Source of the DNA: Acidobacteriota bacterium
GTDB taxonomy: Bacteria > Acidobacteriota > UBA890 > WLXD01
Direction: 5' to 3'
DNA: 64,000 nucleotides
Assembly: GCA_963666215.2 (NCBI GenBank)
Contig: CAXWPL010000004.1
Span: 864,001 to 928,000 of the forward strand
Below the pieces are notes generated by a model. It did no database searches. It was given only the letters and a program-made list of their open reading frames with translations, and had not been told where the DNA came from. This document shows, in pieces, positions 49,880 through 59,512 of this stretch. How positions within the stretch are numbered: position 1 is the stretch's first letter; each line of letters starts with the position of its first letter. The position numbers and the translations under genes were made by a program.

Positions 49880-50467
49880 TTGAGCAGTGCCGATGGCGCT
49901 GTTTCGCGGCTCTGGTCGCCGCTACTCGTTCTGTTGTTGACCGTCGGTTGCGCGGGCGAAGTCTCTACGCCGACGCCCGACGAGACCGAAGCGCTCGCCC
50001 GCGCGGCGTTCCCGCAGTCGGAGGTCCGCGTTAATGAGGTAACAAGAACCACCGATCGTATGGTTGCCCCGGCGGAGTTCAACGGCGTCGAAGTGGAGCT
50101 GCGATTCAGGCTCGTCGGTCGCAGCTGGGAGCTCGAGAGCGTCGAACAGGGAGACGTGGAGCTCACCCCCGACGAGCTGCGCGCTGTTGGCGAAACGATG
50201 CAGGTGATGCAGGCGATCTCGGGAGCGCTGGCCAGCTACCGCGACGCAACCGGCGACTATCCGCTGCTCGACGACCAGGTAGGTCTCCGCGAGCTGGTCC
50301 CCGATCACTACGCAGCCGACGCCAGTCTCAACGATCGTTGGGACGTGCCGCTGCGATATAGGCGTCAAGGGTCCGACTACACGCTCACCTCAGCCGGGCC
50401 GGACGGCCTGCCGTCGACTCAGGACGACATCGTTCTGGTCAACTCGCGGTTCGAGAACGGCCAGTAG
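49880..50467 (+). CDS. Lipoprotein with a GspG-like (T2SSG) C-terminal domain
   Basis: LTVGC lipobox; ALASYRDATGDYP...DRWDVPLRY...SAGPDG...DDI. Start uncertain. Confidence 0.65.
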   Translation: MSSADGAVSRLWSPLLVLLLTVGCAGEVSTPTPDETEALARAAFPQSEVRVNEVTRTTDRMVAPAEFNGVEVELRFRLVGRSWELESVEQGDVELTPDELRAVGETMQVMQAISGALASYRDATGDYPLLDDQVGLRELVPDHYAADASLNDRWDVPLRYRRQGSDYTLTSAGPDGLPSTQDDIVLVNSRFENGQ

Positions 50468-50528
50468 GACGGCAGCTGAAGCCGATTCGGTGACAATCGG
50501 ACGCCCTACGAGCCTTGCGACGTGGCCC

Positions 50529-50984
50529 TCAGCGTTTGCGCAGGCGCCGGAAGAACGCCAGAAGCAGCTCGCTGCACTCCTCGCCACAGACCTCCCGGTC
50601 GATCCGCTGGACGTGCGGCGCGAGCTCAGGCGTAAGCAGGTCGATTGCCGAGCCGCAGGCGCCGTACCGCGGGTCGGGCGCACCGTAGACCACACGCTGC
50701 ACTCGCGCCAAGATCGCTGCGCCGGCACACATCGGACAGGGCTCCAGGGTCGCGACGAGGGTGGTGCCGTCGAGCCGCCAGTCGCCGACGACCTTTGCCG
50801 CCTGTCGAAGCGCGACAATCTCGGCGTGGCCTGAAGGGTCGCCGTCGTTCTCGGTGCGATTATGAGCGCGCGCGATCACTTCGCCGTCGAGAATGACGAT
50901 CGCCCCTACGGGGACTTCACCAGCTTGCTCGGAGCGCCGCGCCTCGTCGAGCGCGAGCTGCATCCAGGTGTCGAGCGGCTCCAT
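50529..50984 (-). CDS. tadA: tRNA-specific adenosine-34 deaminase
   Basis: GEVPVGA, HAE, TLEPCPMCAGA and FFRRLR. Confidence 0.92.
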   Translation of the reverse strand: MEPLDTWMQLALDEARRSEQAGEVPVGAIVILDGEVIARAHNRTENDGDPSGHAEIVALRQAAKVVGDWRLDGTTLVATLEPCPMCAGAAILARVQRVVYGAPDPRYGACGSAIDLLTPELAPHVQRIDREVCGEECSELLLAFFRRLRKR

Positions 50985-51048
50985 CGGCGGATCTACCAGA
51001 CGAGCAAGATGGCCCAGATATCGGGCGTATGACGATTGGTGACGAGAA

Positions 51049-51125
51049 TGGTGCGCCCTGGAGGACTCGAACCTCCAACCTCCTGGTCCGTAGCCAGACG
51101 CTCTGTCCAATTGAGCTAAGGGCGC
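51049..51125 (-). tRNA. tRNA-Arg(ACG)
   Basis: GCGCCCTTAGCTCAATTGGACAGAGC...CTGG-CT-ACG-GA-CCAG...GGTTCGAGTCC...CCA. Confidence 0.96.
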
Positions 51126-51338
51126 ACTCGAATCCCAACGATCGGACGACTTGACGCTCTGGCGCTACGGCAGAGCACGGAGAATAGCACCCGCCGAAAG
51201 CGCCGGCAAAACACGTGCACCCCAGTCCACACGGCCTGGACGCGCCGCCGGAACAGGCGATAATGTGCCCGTGATTACCTCTTCCCTGAGCTCTCCCCTT
51301 CTCGAGCCCACCTTCTCTTCGCCAGGGTACCGTTAGCC

Positions 51339-52364
51339 ATGAGATCTTTGCAGTGCAGTGCACGCCCTCGGGCCGGCCACGGGCTGGCCGTTTTCTTGCT
51401 CGCGACCGCCCTGGGGGTCGTGACCGCAGCAGCCGTTGCACCAGTCGCAGCCCAGCAGAGCGACGCGCAGCGGGACATGGCGAAGGGCGCCGAGTACCTG
51501 CAAAAGGGAGAGCCCGACAAGGCAATCAACGAGTTCGCGAAGGTCCTCAACAACCAGGAAACCTTTGCTCCGGCCCATTTCGTCACCGGGATGGCCTACG
51601 CCCAGATGCAGCAATATTCCGACGCGTACACCCATCTCAACCGTGCAACTGAGCTACAACCGGGCAACGGTGAGTGGCATGAACAGGCCTGTCGCACCGC
51701 CTGGTTCGGCGAGGACTTCGACAACGCTTGGCGACAGTGCATCCTCGCGGCCCAGGCGGGGCGCGACGTGGCGGCTGCTTTCCCCGAGCTGGCCAAGGCT
51801 TCGGCGGGACCGAGCGACTACCAGCAGCGAATCGCTGCGCCTCGGATATGGGTCGCTGCCCCAGACATCGAGGCGTTGCTGGGTCGTGACGATGGAGTCT
51901 TCGACCACGTAAGCCCAACGCAGCAGGCGGGCGCCGATCAGCGCGGGGCCGGGGCCGATTCTAGTCCCGCCGGCGCCGGTGCTGGTGGCGGCGGCCGCGG
52001 TTTCAGTGACCCGAGCTCGAGGTTCTCGGCCGAATCGGGCAACAGCGTCGCCGCACAAGTTCAGGCTGACCTCGCCGAGGTGCGGAGGCGCTTCAGCTCG
52101 GAGATCGCGATTTCCGATCTGTTCGGCCTCGTGGTCGACCAGGGCCTGGCCGACTACGTGATGGTTGTCGAGGTCGACGATGTGGGGACCGAGTCGCCGC
52201 GTGTGCTCACCGGCTACGTGAAGTTGATCGATGTGACCTCCGGTGAGGAGGCCTACTCGAGGCCGCTCCAGCTCGACAACATTTCCTCGATCAGCGACCT
52301 GCAGAACGACATCTCGCGATACGTTGGCTACTTGGAACAATGGCGCCGTGAGAATGCGACCTAG
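51339..52364 (+). CDS. Secreted TPR protein (paralog 1)
   Basis: Signal peptide, TPR helices, Gly/Ala linker and an alpha/beta C-domain. Confidence 0.75.
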   Translation: MRSLQCSARPRAGHGLAVFLLATALGVVTAAAVAPVAAQQSDAQRDMAKGAEYLQKGEPDKAINEFAKVLNNQETFAPAHFVTGMAYAQMQQYSDAYTHLNRATELQPGNGEWHEQACRTAWFGEDFDNAWRQCILAAQAGRDVAAAFPELAKASAGPSDYQQRIAAPRIWVAAPDIEALLGRDDGVFDHVSPTQQAGADQRGAGADSSPAGAGAGGGGRGFSDPSSRFSAESGNSVAAQVQADLAEVRRRFSSEIAISDLFGLVVDQGLADYVMVVEVDDVGTESPRVLTGYVKLIDVTSGEEAYSRPLQLDNISSISDLQNDISRYVGYLEQWRRENAT

Positions 52365-52457
52365 AGCTGAGCCTGGCCGCCCGTGCCGCAACCCTACAGG
52401 CCGCGTTCGTCCGAGGGGTCAATACCTGTCAACCCCTGAATCCTCGAGGAGAGTCTG

Positions 52458-53447
52458 ATGAACCTGGCCAGAACCACCAGAGCAGCTGTTGCAGCCCTTT
52501 GCGTCTGGACGCTCGTGGTCGTCGCCCTTCCCGCTACAGCATTGCCGCAGGGCGATCTGCAGATGTCGCTGGAGATCGCGCTGGGGAAGATGCAGCAGGG
52601 CCAGAGCGAGGACGCACTCCGCGACCTCGAGAAGATCCTCACGCAGAACGACAGCTTCTGGCCGGCATACTTTCACCGTGGTCGGCTGCTCGGCAGCATG
52701 GGCGACGCGCAGGGGGCGCGCGACTCCTTCATCAAGGCAGTCGAGCTCAACCCGGGGGAGCCGAACGTCCATTTCATGGCCGCGGTCTCGTCTTTCCAGT
52801 TCGGCGACTTCGACACGGCCTGGGAGCAGATCATTCTGGCGAGCAACGCCGGCATGCCCGAGGAGCAGGTTCAGCAAGGGCTGGCCATGCTGAGGCAGGC
52901 GTCGGAAGGCCCTCCGGGCTTGGCCGAAAGACTCAGCGCGGCGCGCGTGTACGTCGACGCACCCGACGAGAGCAAGCTACGCGGCCGTTCCCAAAACCCT
53001 TTTGCTCAGGGAGTGGGTAGTAGAACCGACTCCGCCGATATCAGCCAGCAGCAGCAGAGCGGTGGCGGCGCCATCACGTCAACCACGAGCTCTTCACAAG
53101 CCACCGGCACAGGGACGCGGATCATGCAGCAGTCCGCAGGCGAGATCAACAACATGCTGGTGCTGACGCGGAAGGCGCTCGGAGAGTCGTCTGCTTTCGG
53201 CCTGGTGCAGAACCCGGAACTGGGACAGTACCGACTGGTCTACGAGATCGACGATATCGCCGACGTCAGCGACAGTCTCGGCGCCATGAAGATGAAGGGA
53301 TACGTCAAGCTCTACAACGCCCAGTCGGGCGACGAGGCCTTCAGCCGGGTCATCGAGTTCAAGGACCTGGCGAACTCGGGCGATGTCTCGGCTGACCTCG
53401 GGCGCTTGATGGGCAACCTGGAGGAGTGGCTGGCGGAGGCACGCTAG
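52458..53447 (+). CDS. Secreted TPR protein (paralog 2)
   Basis: Same architecture as the upstream gene; shared FGLV...E(V/I)DD...GYVKL...SG(E/D)EA(Y/F)SR...LE(Q/E)W. Confidence 0.75.
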   Translation: MNLARTTRAAVAALCVWTLVVVALPATALPQGDLQMSLEIALGKMQQGQSEDALRDLEKILTQNDSFWPAYFHRGRLLGSMGDAQGARDSFIKAVELNPGEPNVHFMAAVSSFQFGDFDTAWEQIILASNAGMPEEQVQQGLAMLRQASEGPPGLAERLSAARVYVDAPDESKLRGRSQNPFAQGVGSRTDSADISQQQQSGGGAITSTTSSSQATGTGTRIMQQSAGEINNMLVLTRKALGESSAFGLVQNPELGQYRLVYEIDDIADVSDSLGAMKMKGYVKLYNAQSGDEAFSRVIEFKDLANSGDVSADLGRLMGNLEEWLAEAR

Positions 53448-53486
53448 TGCGGGCCATCCCAGGCGGCTAACGCTCTGAGCAGCCGA

Positions 53487-54827
53487 GTGACTCCCTACGC
53501 GACTCTCATTCGAGGTGGTCTACTCGTCCTCCCGGATGGAGCTGGCGGCGTCCGCGGCGAGCCCGGCGACATCCTTATCGAGGGCGAACGGATCGCCGAC
53601 GTAGGCCGGATCTCGCGGCCGCCCGCCGCCGCTCGGGTGATCTACGCCGGCGGCTGTGCGGTGTTGCCAGGTTTCTTGCAAACGCACGTGCATCTGTGCC
53701 AAACGCTGTTCCGCGGCGCCGCCGACGAGCTATCGCTGCTCGACTGGCTGCGCAATCGCATATGGCCGCTGGAGGCCGCGCACACGCCGGACTCGATTCG
53801 TGCCAGCGCCCGCCTGGCGGTGGCGGAATTGTTGCTCAGCGGCACGACGGCCGTACAGACGATGGAGACCGTGCGCCACACCGAGTGCGTCTTCGAGGTG
53901 CTGGCGGAGTCGGGCATGTTCGCGGTCAGCGGCAAGGCGCTGATGGACGACCCGACCACCTGCCCCGAGTCTCTATGCCAGCCCACGGACGCGGCGCTGG
54001 CCGACGCGGTGGATCTGGCGGAAAAATGGGACGGCTCGGCAAACGGCCGACTGCGTGTTTGCTTGGCGCCGCGCTTCGCCGTTAGCTGCACCGACGAGTG
54101 CCTGAGCGAGGTCGCCAGCCTCGCCGAGGCCGGCAACTGGCGCGTTCACACACACGCCTCAGAGAGCCGTGACGAAGTCGACTTGGTGCAACGGCGATCC
54201 GGCAGACGGAATGTCGTCTACCTCGATCATCTGGGGCTTACGGGCGATCACGTCGGGCTCGCGCACTGCGTCTGGCTGGACAACGAAGAAGTGGATCTGC
54301 TGTCCGACAGTGGCACGCACGTGCTGCATTGCCCTGGCAGCAATTGCAAGCTCGGCTCCGGGATCGCGCCTGTCCCACGGCTCTTGTCGCGCGGCATCAA
54401 CGTCAGCCTTGGCGCCGACGGCGCCGCCTGCAACAACACGCTCGATATGTTCCGCGAGATGCGTCTCGCGACGCAGCTGCAGAAAGCGCTCCACGGTCCG
54501 CAAACACTGCCGGCGAGCCGCGTGCTCGGGATGGCCACTCGCGCCGGGGCCGAAGCGCTTGGTTGGGGCGGCCAGATGGGCGAGCTGCGTCCCGGGCGCT
54601 GGGCCAACGTCGTCTTGGTGAGCCTTCAGGGTCTCCACACCACACCCAGCCCCGATCCGCTCTCCGCGTTGGTGTACGGTTGCAAAAGCTCCGACATCCG
54701 CTCCGTTTGGCTCGCCGGCAAGCAGGTTGTGGCGGAGGGCCAGCTGCTTCTGTGGGACGAAGAAGATGTGCGGCGCGATGCAAACCGCGAGGCGCACGAT
54801 CTATTCGAGCGTGCTGGCGTCGCTTGA
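53487..54827 (+). CDS. Amidohydrolase, 5'-deoxyadenosine/MTA-SAH deaminase-like
   Basis: PGFLQTHVHLCQTLFRG, HTHASE, AHCVW, SNCKLGSG and GADGAACNN. Confidence 0.88.
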   Translation: MTPYATLIRGGLLVLPDGAGGVRGEPGDILIEGERIADVGRISRPPAAARVIYAGGCAVLPGFLQTHVHLCQTLFRGAADELSLLDWLRNRIWPLEAAHTPDSIRASARLAVAELLLSGTTAVQTMETVRHTECVFEVLAESGMFAVSGKALMDDPTTCPESLCQPTDAALADAVDLAEKWDGSANGRLRVCLAPRFAVSCTDECLSEVASLAEAGNWRVHTHASESRDEVDLVQRRSGRRNVVYLDHLGLTGDHVGLAHCVWLDNEEVDLLSDSGTHVLHCPGSNCKLGSGIAPVPRLLSRGINVSLGADGAACNNTLDMFREMRLATQLQKALHGPQTLPASRVLGMATRAGAEALGWGGQMGELRPGRWANVVLVSLQGLHTTPSPDPLSALVYGCKSSDIRSVWLAGKQVVAEGQLLLWDEEDVRRDANREAHDLFERAGVA

Positions 54828-54867
54828 TCTGGATTCCCACCCCCCATCAACGCAGGAGGAACTCTAG

Positions 54868-56192
54868 CAGGCTGCTGAAAAACGGCTCACGAGTGTCGAT
54901 CCGGTCCCCGAGCGGCAGCGTGGAGTAGGCATGGCGCGCACCGTTGAAGGGGGGCGATCGCAAACGACCCTTCGCTCGTCACCTCGAGAGGCGGTTTGGC
55001 GCTCCCGGGTCCCACTACCTTCACGTCAGCGCCTCGAGATTGCGCATTCTCACCAAGGTGAACGCTGCCGCGGTGAAGACGAACATCCAGCCGACGCGGT
55101 CGACCCCTCGGTGCTTCGTCTTGCGGATCAGTCCTACTGTCTTGCCCCAGCCAAAGACCTGCTCGACGAGCTTGCGTTTGACCTGGCTTTGCTTGTACCC
55201 GGCGTGCCTCGTGGTGCGGCCATCGATCGCGCTGCGTCTGTTGGTGTCGTTCTGCGCCACATACGGCGTTACGTTCCGATCTCTCAGCTTGCCGACGCAC
55301 TCCTTGGTGTCGTAGTTCTTGTCGCCACCCATAGTCACGCGATCTGTCCCGGGGATCTCGCCGGCCATCGCCACTGCCGCATCTCGTTCCGCTGTGCCTG
55401 AAGCCTTCGTTACCATCGCGTTGGTCGGCAGCCCGTGGCGGTTGTCGACTACCAGGTGGCCCATGTAGCAGAGCTTCGCCTCGGATCCCTTGCTCTTCCT
55501 ATACAGGCGGGCGTCAGGATCGGTTCTCGAGGCGTGTGTATCGCTCTTGCGCCGCTGTTTGCGGAAATCGACGTCCGGGTTCCGGCCGCCACCACTGGGT
55601 GGATCCTGCCGCCCGCTCGGGTCTTTGGGCTGGTAGCTCTTGTGCGATGCCCACGCTTCGATCAGCGTTCCATCAACGGTGAAGTGCTCGTCCGATAGCA
55701 GTCCGCGCCTGCGCGCTTGCTCCACGACTTGCTCGAAGAACACTTCGGCGACCTCACCACCGAGCACCCGGTCTCGGTTCTTGGTGAACACCGTCGCATC
55801 CCACACCGCATCGTCCATGTTCAAGCCCACGAACCAGCGGAATAGCAGGTTGTAGTCGAGCTGCTCCATCAGCATGCGCTCGGAGCGGATCGTATACAGC
55901 ACCTGCAGCAGCAATGCCCGCAACAGCTTCTCCGGCGGGATCGACGGCCGCCCCGTGTGCGAGTACATGCCGGCGAACAGTGGCGACATCTGTTCCAGCA
56001 CGTTGTTGACGATCTTCAGCAGCCGCCGCAGCGGATGGTCCTTCGGTACCCTCTGCTCGGGCGAGATATAGCTGAACGCTGCCACTTGACCCGCGTCTTC
56101 ACCACGCATCTGCTCACCTCGTCGATGCTTCCGGTTGGCACGGGGCTGCATGGGTCAAGCTACATGAACGCTAGGAGTTTTTCAGCAGCCTG
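54868..56192 (-). mobile_element. IS5-family insertion sequence, copy 2 (1325 bp)
   Basis: Same TIRs, length and translated ORFs as copy 1; CTAG at 54864-54867 and 56193-56196. Confidence 0.95.
55021..56109 (-). CDS. IS5 family DDE transposase
   Basis: Protein identical to the copy 1 transposase. Confidence 0.93.
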   Translation of the reverse strand: MRGEDAGQVAAFSYISPEQRVPKDHPLRRLLKIVNNVLEQMSPLFAGMYSHTGRPSIPPEKLLRALLLQVLYTIRSERMLMEQLDYNLLFRWFVGLNMDDAVWDATVFTKNRDRVLGGEVAEVFFEQVVEQARRRGLLSDEHFTVDGTLIEAWASHKSYQPKDPSGRQDPPSGGGRNPDVDFRKQRRKSDTHASRTDPDARLYRKSKGSEAKLCYMGHLVVDNRHGLPTNAMVTKASGTAERDAAVAMAGEIPGTDRVTMGGDKNYDTKECVGKLRDRNVTPYVAQNDTNRRSAIDGRTTRHAGYKQSQVKRKLVEQVFGWGKTVGLIRKTKHRGVDRVGWMFVFTAAAFTLVRMRNLEALT

Positions 56193-56195
56193 CTA

Positions 56196-56675
56196 GTGAT
56201 CGTCTCTGGAAACAGCCGCCGACTCGTCTTGTTGGCATCGATTGTGGTGATGGTGGCCTTCAGTTCCGGATGCTGGTTCAACAACGTGTTCTACGGCTTT
56301 CGCGTCCAGGGCGACTACGAGGTCGGAGTGTGGACGGAAACGTTGTGCTACACCTTCCCGAACAGCGACTTCGAGCTGCGCACCGGCAAGTACCAGCTCT
56401 CGGGCGGGCTCCAGAACGAGTCCGGCGGTGAACAGTATCCGTTCCCGGCCTCGCTGCGCGGACGACTCATTTTCCGTGATGCGGCGAACACGATTGTCGG
56501 CCGGGTCGCCAGGACAGCTTGGGTGAACAGCGCCACCGGCGGATTCGCCAAGAGGTTCAGGCTGCCGGCCAGGGCCACCGCTGGCGGCTCTGTTTGTTAT
56601 TCCGTCATGCCGCGCGGCGAGCATACGCTCCACGAAGGTCAGGAAATCGGGGTCAATCTATACATCCGCGACTAA
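56196..56675 (+). CDS. Hypothetical lipoprotein (paralog A)
   Basis: FSSGC lipobox and beta-rich body; aligns by eye with the next gene. Confidence 0.7.
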   Translation: MIVSGNSRRLVLLASIVVMVAFSSGCWFNNVFYGFRVQGDYEVGVWTETLCYTFPNSDFELRTGKYQLSGGLQNESGGEQYPFPASLRGRLIFRDAANTIVGRVARTAWVNSATGGFAKRFRLPARATAGGSVCYSVMPRGEHTLHEGQEIGVNLYIRD

Positions 56676-56778
56676 TTCAAGGAGCCAGAGCGTCGACGTC
56701 TACCGGGTACTGCGAGGCGACAACCAGCCGGCCCGAGCTCGAGTCCGCGGAGAAACACACACCAAAAGAGGCTGTCTG

Positions 56779-57360
56779 GTGATCAACATGAGAAACAGTC
56801 GTCGCTGGGTCCTGATTACGGCGATCCTGATCGTCTCGCTGACGAGCTCGGCCTGCACGATCAACAACCTGTTCTTCTCTATGGTGGTCGAGGGAATCTA
56901 CGGTGTTGGCGTCTGGACTCGGCTGGGGTGCACGTCGTTCGACAACAGCCCGTTCGAGCTCGAAGCGGGACGCTACCGCTGGCTCACCTGGTTCTCGAAC
57001 GCCTCAGAGTCTACCGATCCGTTCGCCACGTTCTTGAGAGTCAGACTCCTCTTCTTCGCGGCAGCAACCGGAGCCCCGTTCGCCAGGTACATCCTGACGG
57101 GCGCTGTGAGAGACGGGCATATCGAAAAGACGGTAAAGGTCAAGGAAACGGTCACCGTGCCGCAGGGCGGTCGTGTTTGCTACGACGTGCTACCACGGGT
57201 CCACCCGCTGGTGGCAGGCTTGTTCATGGTCATCAACCTTTTCTACCTGGCATCGCTCGAAGCGACCCCCGCGGACGCGGGCGCCGACGCCACGTTCGAG
57301 CCGGGCCTACAGATCGAAGCGCCGCTCGGTGAGGCGATCAGCCACCCAGGTGGCGAATGA
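56779..57360 (+). CDS. Hypothetical lipoprotein (paralog B)
   Basis: TSSAC lipobox; shares NN.F...V.G.Y.VGVWT...C..F.NS.FEL..G.Y and GG.VCY.V.PR. Confidence 0.7.
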   Translation: MINMRNSRRWVLITAILIVSLTSSACTINNLFFSMVVEGIYGVGVWTRLGCTSFDNSPFELEAGRYRWLTWFSNASESTDPFATFLRVRLLFFAAATGAPFARYILTGAVRDGHIEKTVKVKETVTVPQGGRVCYDVLPRVHPLVAGLFMVINLFYLASLEATPADAGADATFEPGLQIEAPLGEAISHPGGE

Positions 57361-57464
57361 TCTGACCTTCGACCATGTAGACCCGCCAGATCGCGTTCCT
57401 TACGGACCGCCTTCTGGCCCCAGCCCCCACCTGTTCTGAGCGTGCTCCGCGAAGCGGATCACGC

Positions 57465-58724
57465 TCAGAAGTCGATTTGGGTGCGCCACTGGAAGATCCC
57501 GGTGGAGAGTCCGTCTTCCACTTCGGCGTTGACGTAGTTGAACATCAGCCGGATGTGCGGGTTCCAGTACCAGTTGAGGGCAATCGTGAGGTCGTCGAGC
57601 TCGCCACCCTGGATGAGGCCGCTTTGGAGGTCCAGCGTGGAGTAGCGTGCTGCGATCTCCCAGGCGCCGGGGCCGCCCTGCAGGAAGTTGGCGGCCGGCT
57701 TGGTGCGATCGAAGTAGCCGCCGTGGTGCTCGGTGTCGCGGTTGCGGTAGGCGCGGCCGTCGCCACCTGTGAGGAAGAAGCCGGCGCTGGCGTAGAAGCC
57801 GCTGAAGCTCGGGTCGTCGGCCACGCGGGAGCTGACCGAAGCTTGGATGAACTCCGAGGACGCGTGGAATCGACCGATGACTACCGCGGCTTCGAGGCCG
57901 AGCACGTCAACGGAGTCGGCCTCGAACGTGCCTGTGTCTACCAGCGGTGGCGACAGGTGGGCTTCGGGACGTTGGCGGAAGCGCAACACACCGTCGACCT
58001 CGCGGTGTGAAAAAGAGACCCCCAGGTGGAACAGGTGCCCATCGCCGAACGGCTGCGCGCGCACCAAACGGGCGCTGTAGTTGTAGTTGTCGCCAACCCC
58101 GAAAGCGGAGCTGTCGACCTCTTGGAAGACGCCCGCCTCCCAGATCAGCTTGGCGCCATCGAGCTTGCCGCCAACCTTGACGCCGGTGTTACGGTCGCCG
58201 CTGGGGCCGAAGACGAGCGGCAGGCCGCGCTCCATGAAGGTGAGGTACTTGCTGCTGGTAATTCCCTCGAGGCTGAACGGTTCCTTCTGGTGACCAATCC
58301 GCAACCCTGTCGGGTTGCTACCGCCGAAGACGTTCTTGACGCCCACGAAGATGTCCTTCGCCGAGGCGTCACCGCCCGCGAAGTCGTACTGCAGTTTGTA
58401 TTCGAATTGTCGATAAATCGTGCCGCTGACGAACAACCGGGCGCGGCGGAGCTCGCTGCCGTTCTGCGCTACGTTCGACTCGAAGAATGCGAAGTCGCTT
58501 TGCAGGCGGCCACCGATCTGGGCCTTGAAGCAGCCGTCGGCGGTCTCGAACTTGAGGCCGCCATCCCATTTGGCCTCGAGCTCGCCCTTGTCGCAGGCCG
58601 GAACAGCGTCGTCTTGGTCCGCTTGGCCCGCTTCCTGGGCATGCGCGAGGAAGGGGTTTGTCAGCACGATCAGCGCGATGAGCCCGTTTCTGAGGGTTCT
58701 GAGGGTGGCGACTTTGCGACGCAA
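57465..58724 (-). CDS. OprO/OprP family phosphate-selective porin
   Basis: ELRRARL, KEPFSLE.ITSSKYLTFMER, RQRPE, GAWEIAARYS, LNWY and a terminal F; GGAG + TTG 58724 chosen as start. Confidence 0.9.
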   Translation of the reverse strand: MRRKVATLRTLRNGLIALIVLTNPFLAHAQEAGQADQDDAVPACDKGELEAKWDGGLKFETADGCFKAQIGGRLQSDFAFFESNVAQNGSELRRARLFVSGTIYRQFEYKLQYDFAGGDASAKDIFVGVKNVFGGSNPTGLRIGHQKEPFSLEGITSSKYLTFMERGLPLVFGPSGDRNTGVKVGGKLDGAKLIWEAGVFQEVDSSAFGVGDNYNYSARLVRAQPFGDGHLFHLGVSFSHREVDGVLRFRQRPEAHLSPPLVDTGTFEADSVDVLGLEAAVVIGRFHASSEFIQASVSSRVADDPSFSGFYASAGFFLTGGDGRAYRNRDTEHHGGYFDRTKPAANFLQGGPGAWEIAARYSTLDLQSGLIQGGELDDLTIALNWYWNPHIRLMFNYVNAEVEDGLSTGIFQWRTQIDF

Positions 58725-58931
58725 TGAAATGACTCCGGTGGACAGTCGAGCAGGTGGGATCCCTCGATTTCGAGGTTGTAACGCACCAGCTCGCGGATGC
58801 TGTCCTCGTCTTCGACAAAGGATCGTTTGCTCAGTCATGCCCGAGATTCTCGGCGGTCAGGGCTCGGCAGGCAAACAAGCGGGCCTCCGAGACCGTTGGC
58901 CAGGCGAAAGGGGTTGCCCGGAGTTGCTTAA

Positions 58932-58975
58932 CTGTCCCAGAATAATAGGACAGACTGTCCTAGTATATTAGGACA
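58932..58975. promoter_or_regulatory. Two tandem palindromic operators for the YtrA-type GntR regulator
   Basis: CTGTCC-N10-GGACAG (58932-58953) and TGTCCTA-N6-TAGGACA (58956-58975). Confidence 0.75.
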
Positions 58976-59007
58976 TGAAATCTAGCGATCCTCCAACGCT
59001 TCCATCG

Positions 59008-59442
59008 ATGAATCTGCAGCTCGATCCGACCAGCGCCACACCGATCTACTCACAGGTGGTGGAGCGCGTGAAGGCGCTTGTCGCACATCGCGCGTTGCGG
59101 CCTGGCGATCGCATGCCGTCGGTCCGTGAGCTCGCGGCCTCGCTGAGGATCAACCGCAACACCGCGGCCAAGGCGTACTCGGTTCTCGAGGAGGAGCGGA
59201 TCGTCGAGACGCGCACCCGCCAGGGGACCTTCGTATCCGAGCAAGCGCCCCGGCTGAGCTCGCGGGCCCGGCGGCGGCAGCTCACTCAGAGCATCGATCG
59301 ACTGCTACTCGAGGCGTCGCAGCTGGGCTACGAGCCCGAGGGGCTGGCCGCCGAAGTATCGCGTCGGGTGCGCGAGGTCGACCCCCGGAAGTCTCGTCCG
59401 GATCGTCGCCGAGCGATCGCCGACGAACGCCATGGAGCTTGA
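59008..59442 (+). CDS. GntR family regulator, YtrA subfamily
   Basis: PIYSQ...LRPGDRMPSVRELAASLRINRNTAAKAY...GTFV with a short C-terminal helix. Confidence 0.9.
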   Translation: MNLQLDPTSATPIYSQVVERVKALVAHRALRPGDRMPSVRELAASLRINRNTAAKAYSVLEEERIVETRTRQGTFVSEQAPRLSSRARRRQLTQSIDRLLLEASQLGYEPEGLAAEVSRRVREVDPRKSRPDRRRAIADERHGA

Positions 59443-59512
59443 ATTTGTCCACTGCTGCGAGCTCATCGAACCGGCGCAGCCACTCTCCGAGCAGGCGGCC
59501 TAGGACGTTTCG

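Noticed and set aside
44249-56192. Composite transposon formed by the two identical IS5 copies
   Set aside because: The cargo includes core genes (tadA, tRNA-Arg). Each copy has its own CTAG pair, and the empty site of copy 2 rebuilds a sensible RBS-start junction. Independent insertions explain this better.
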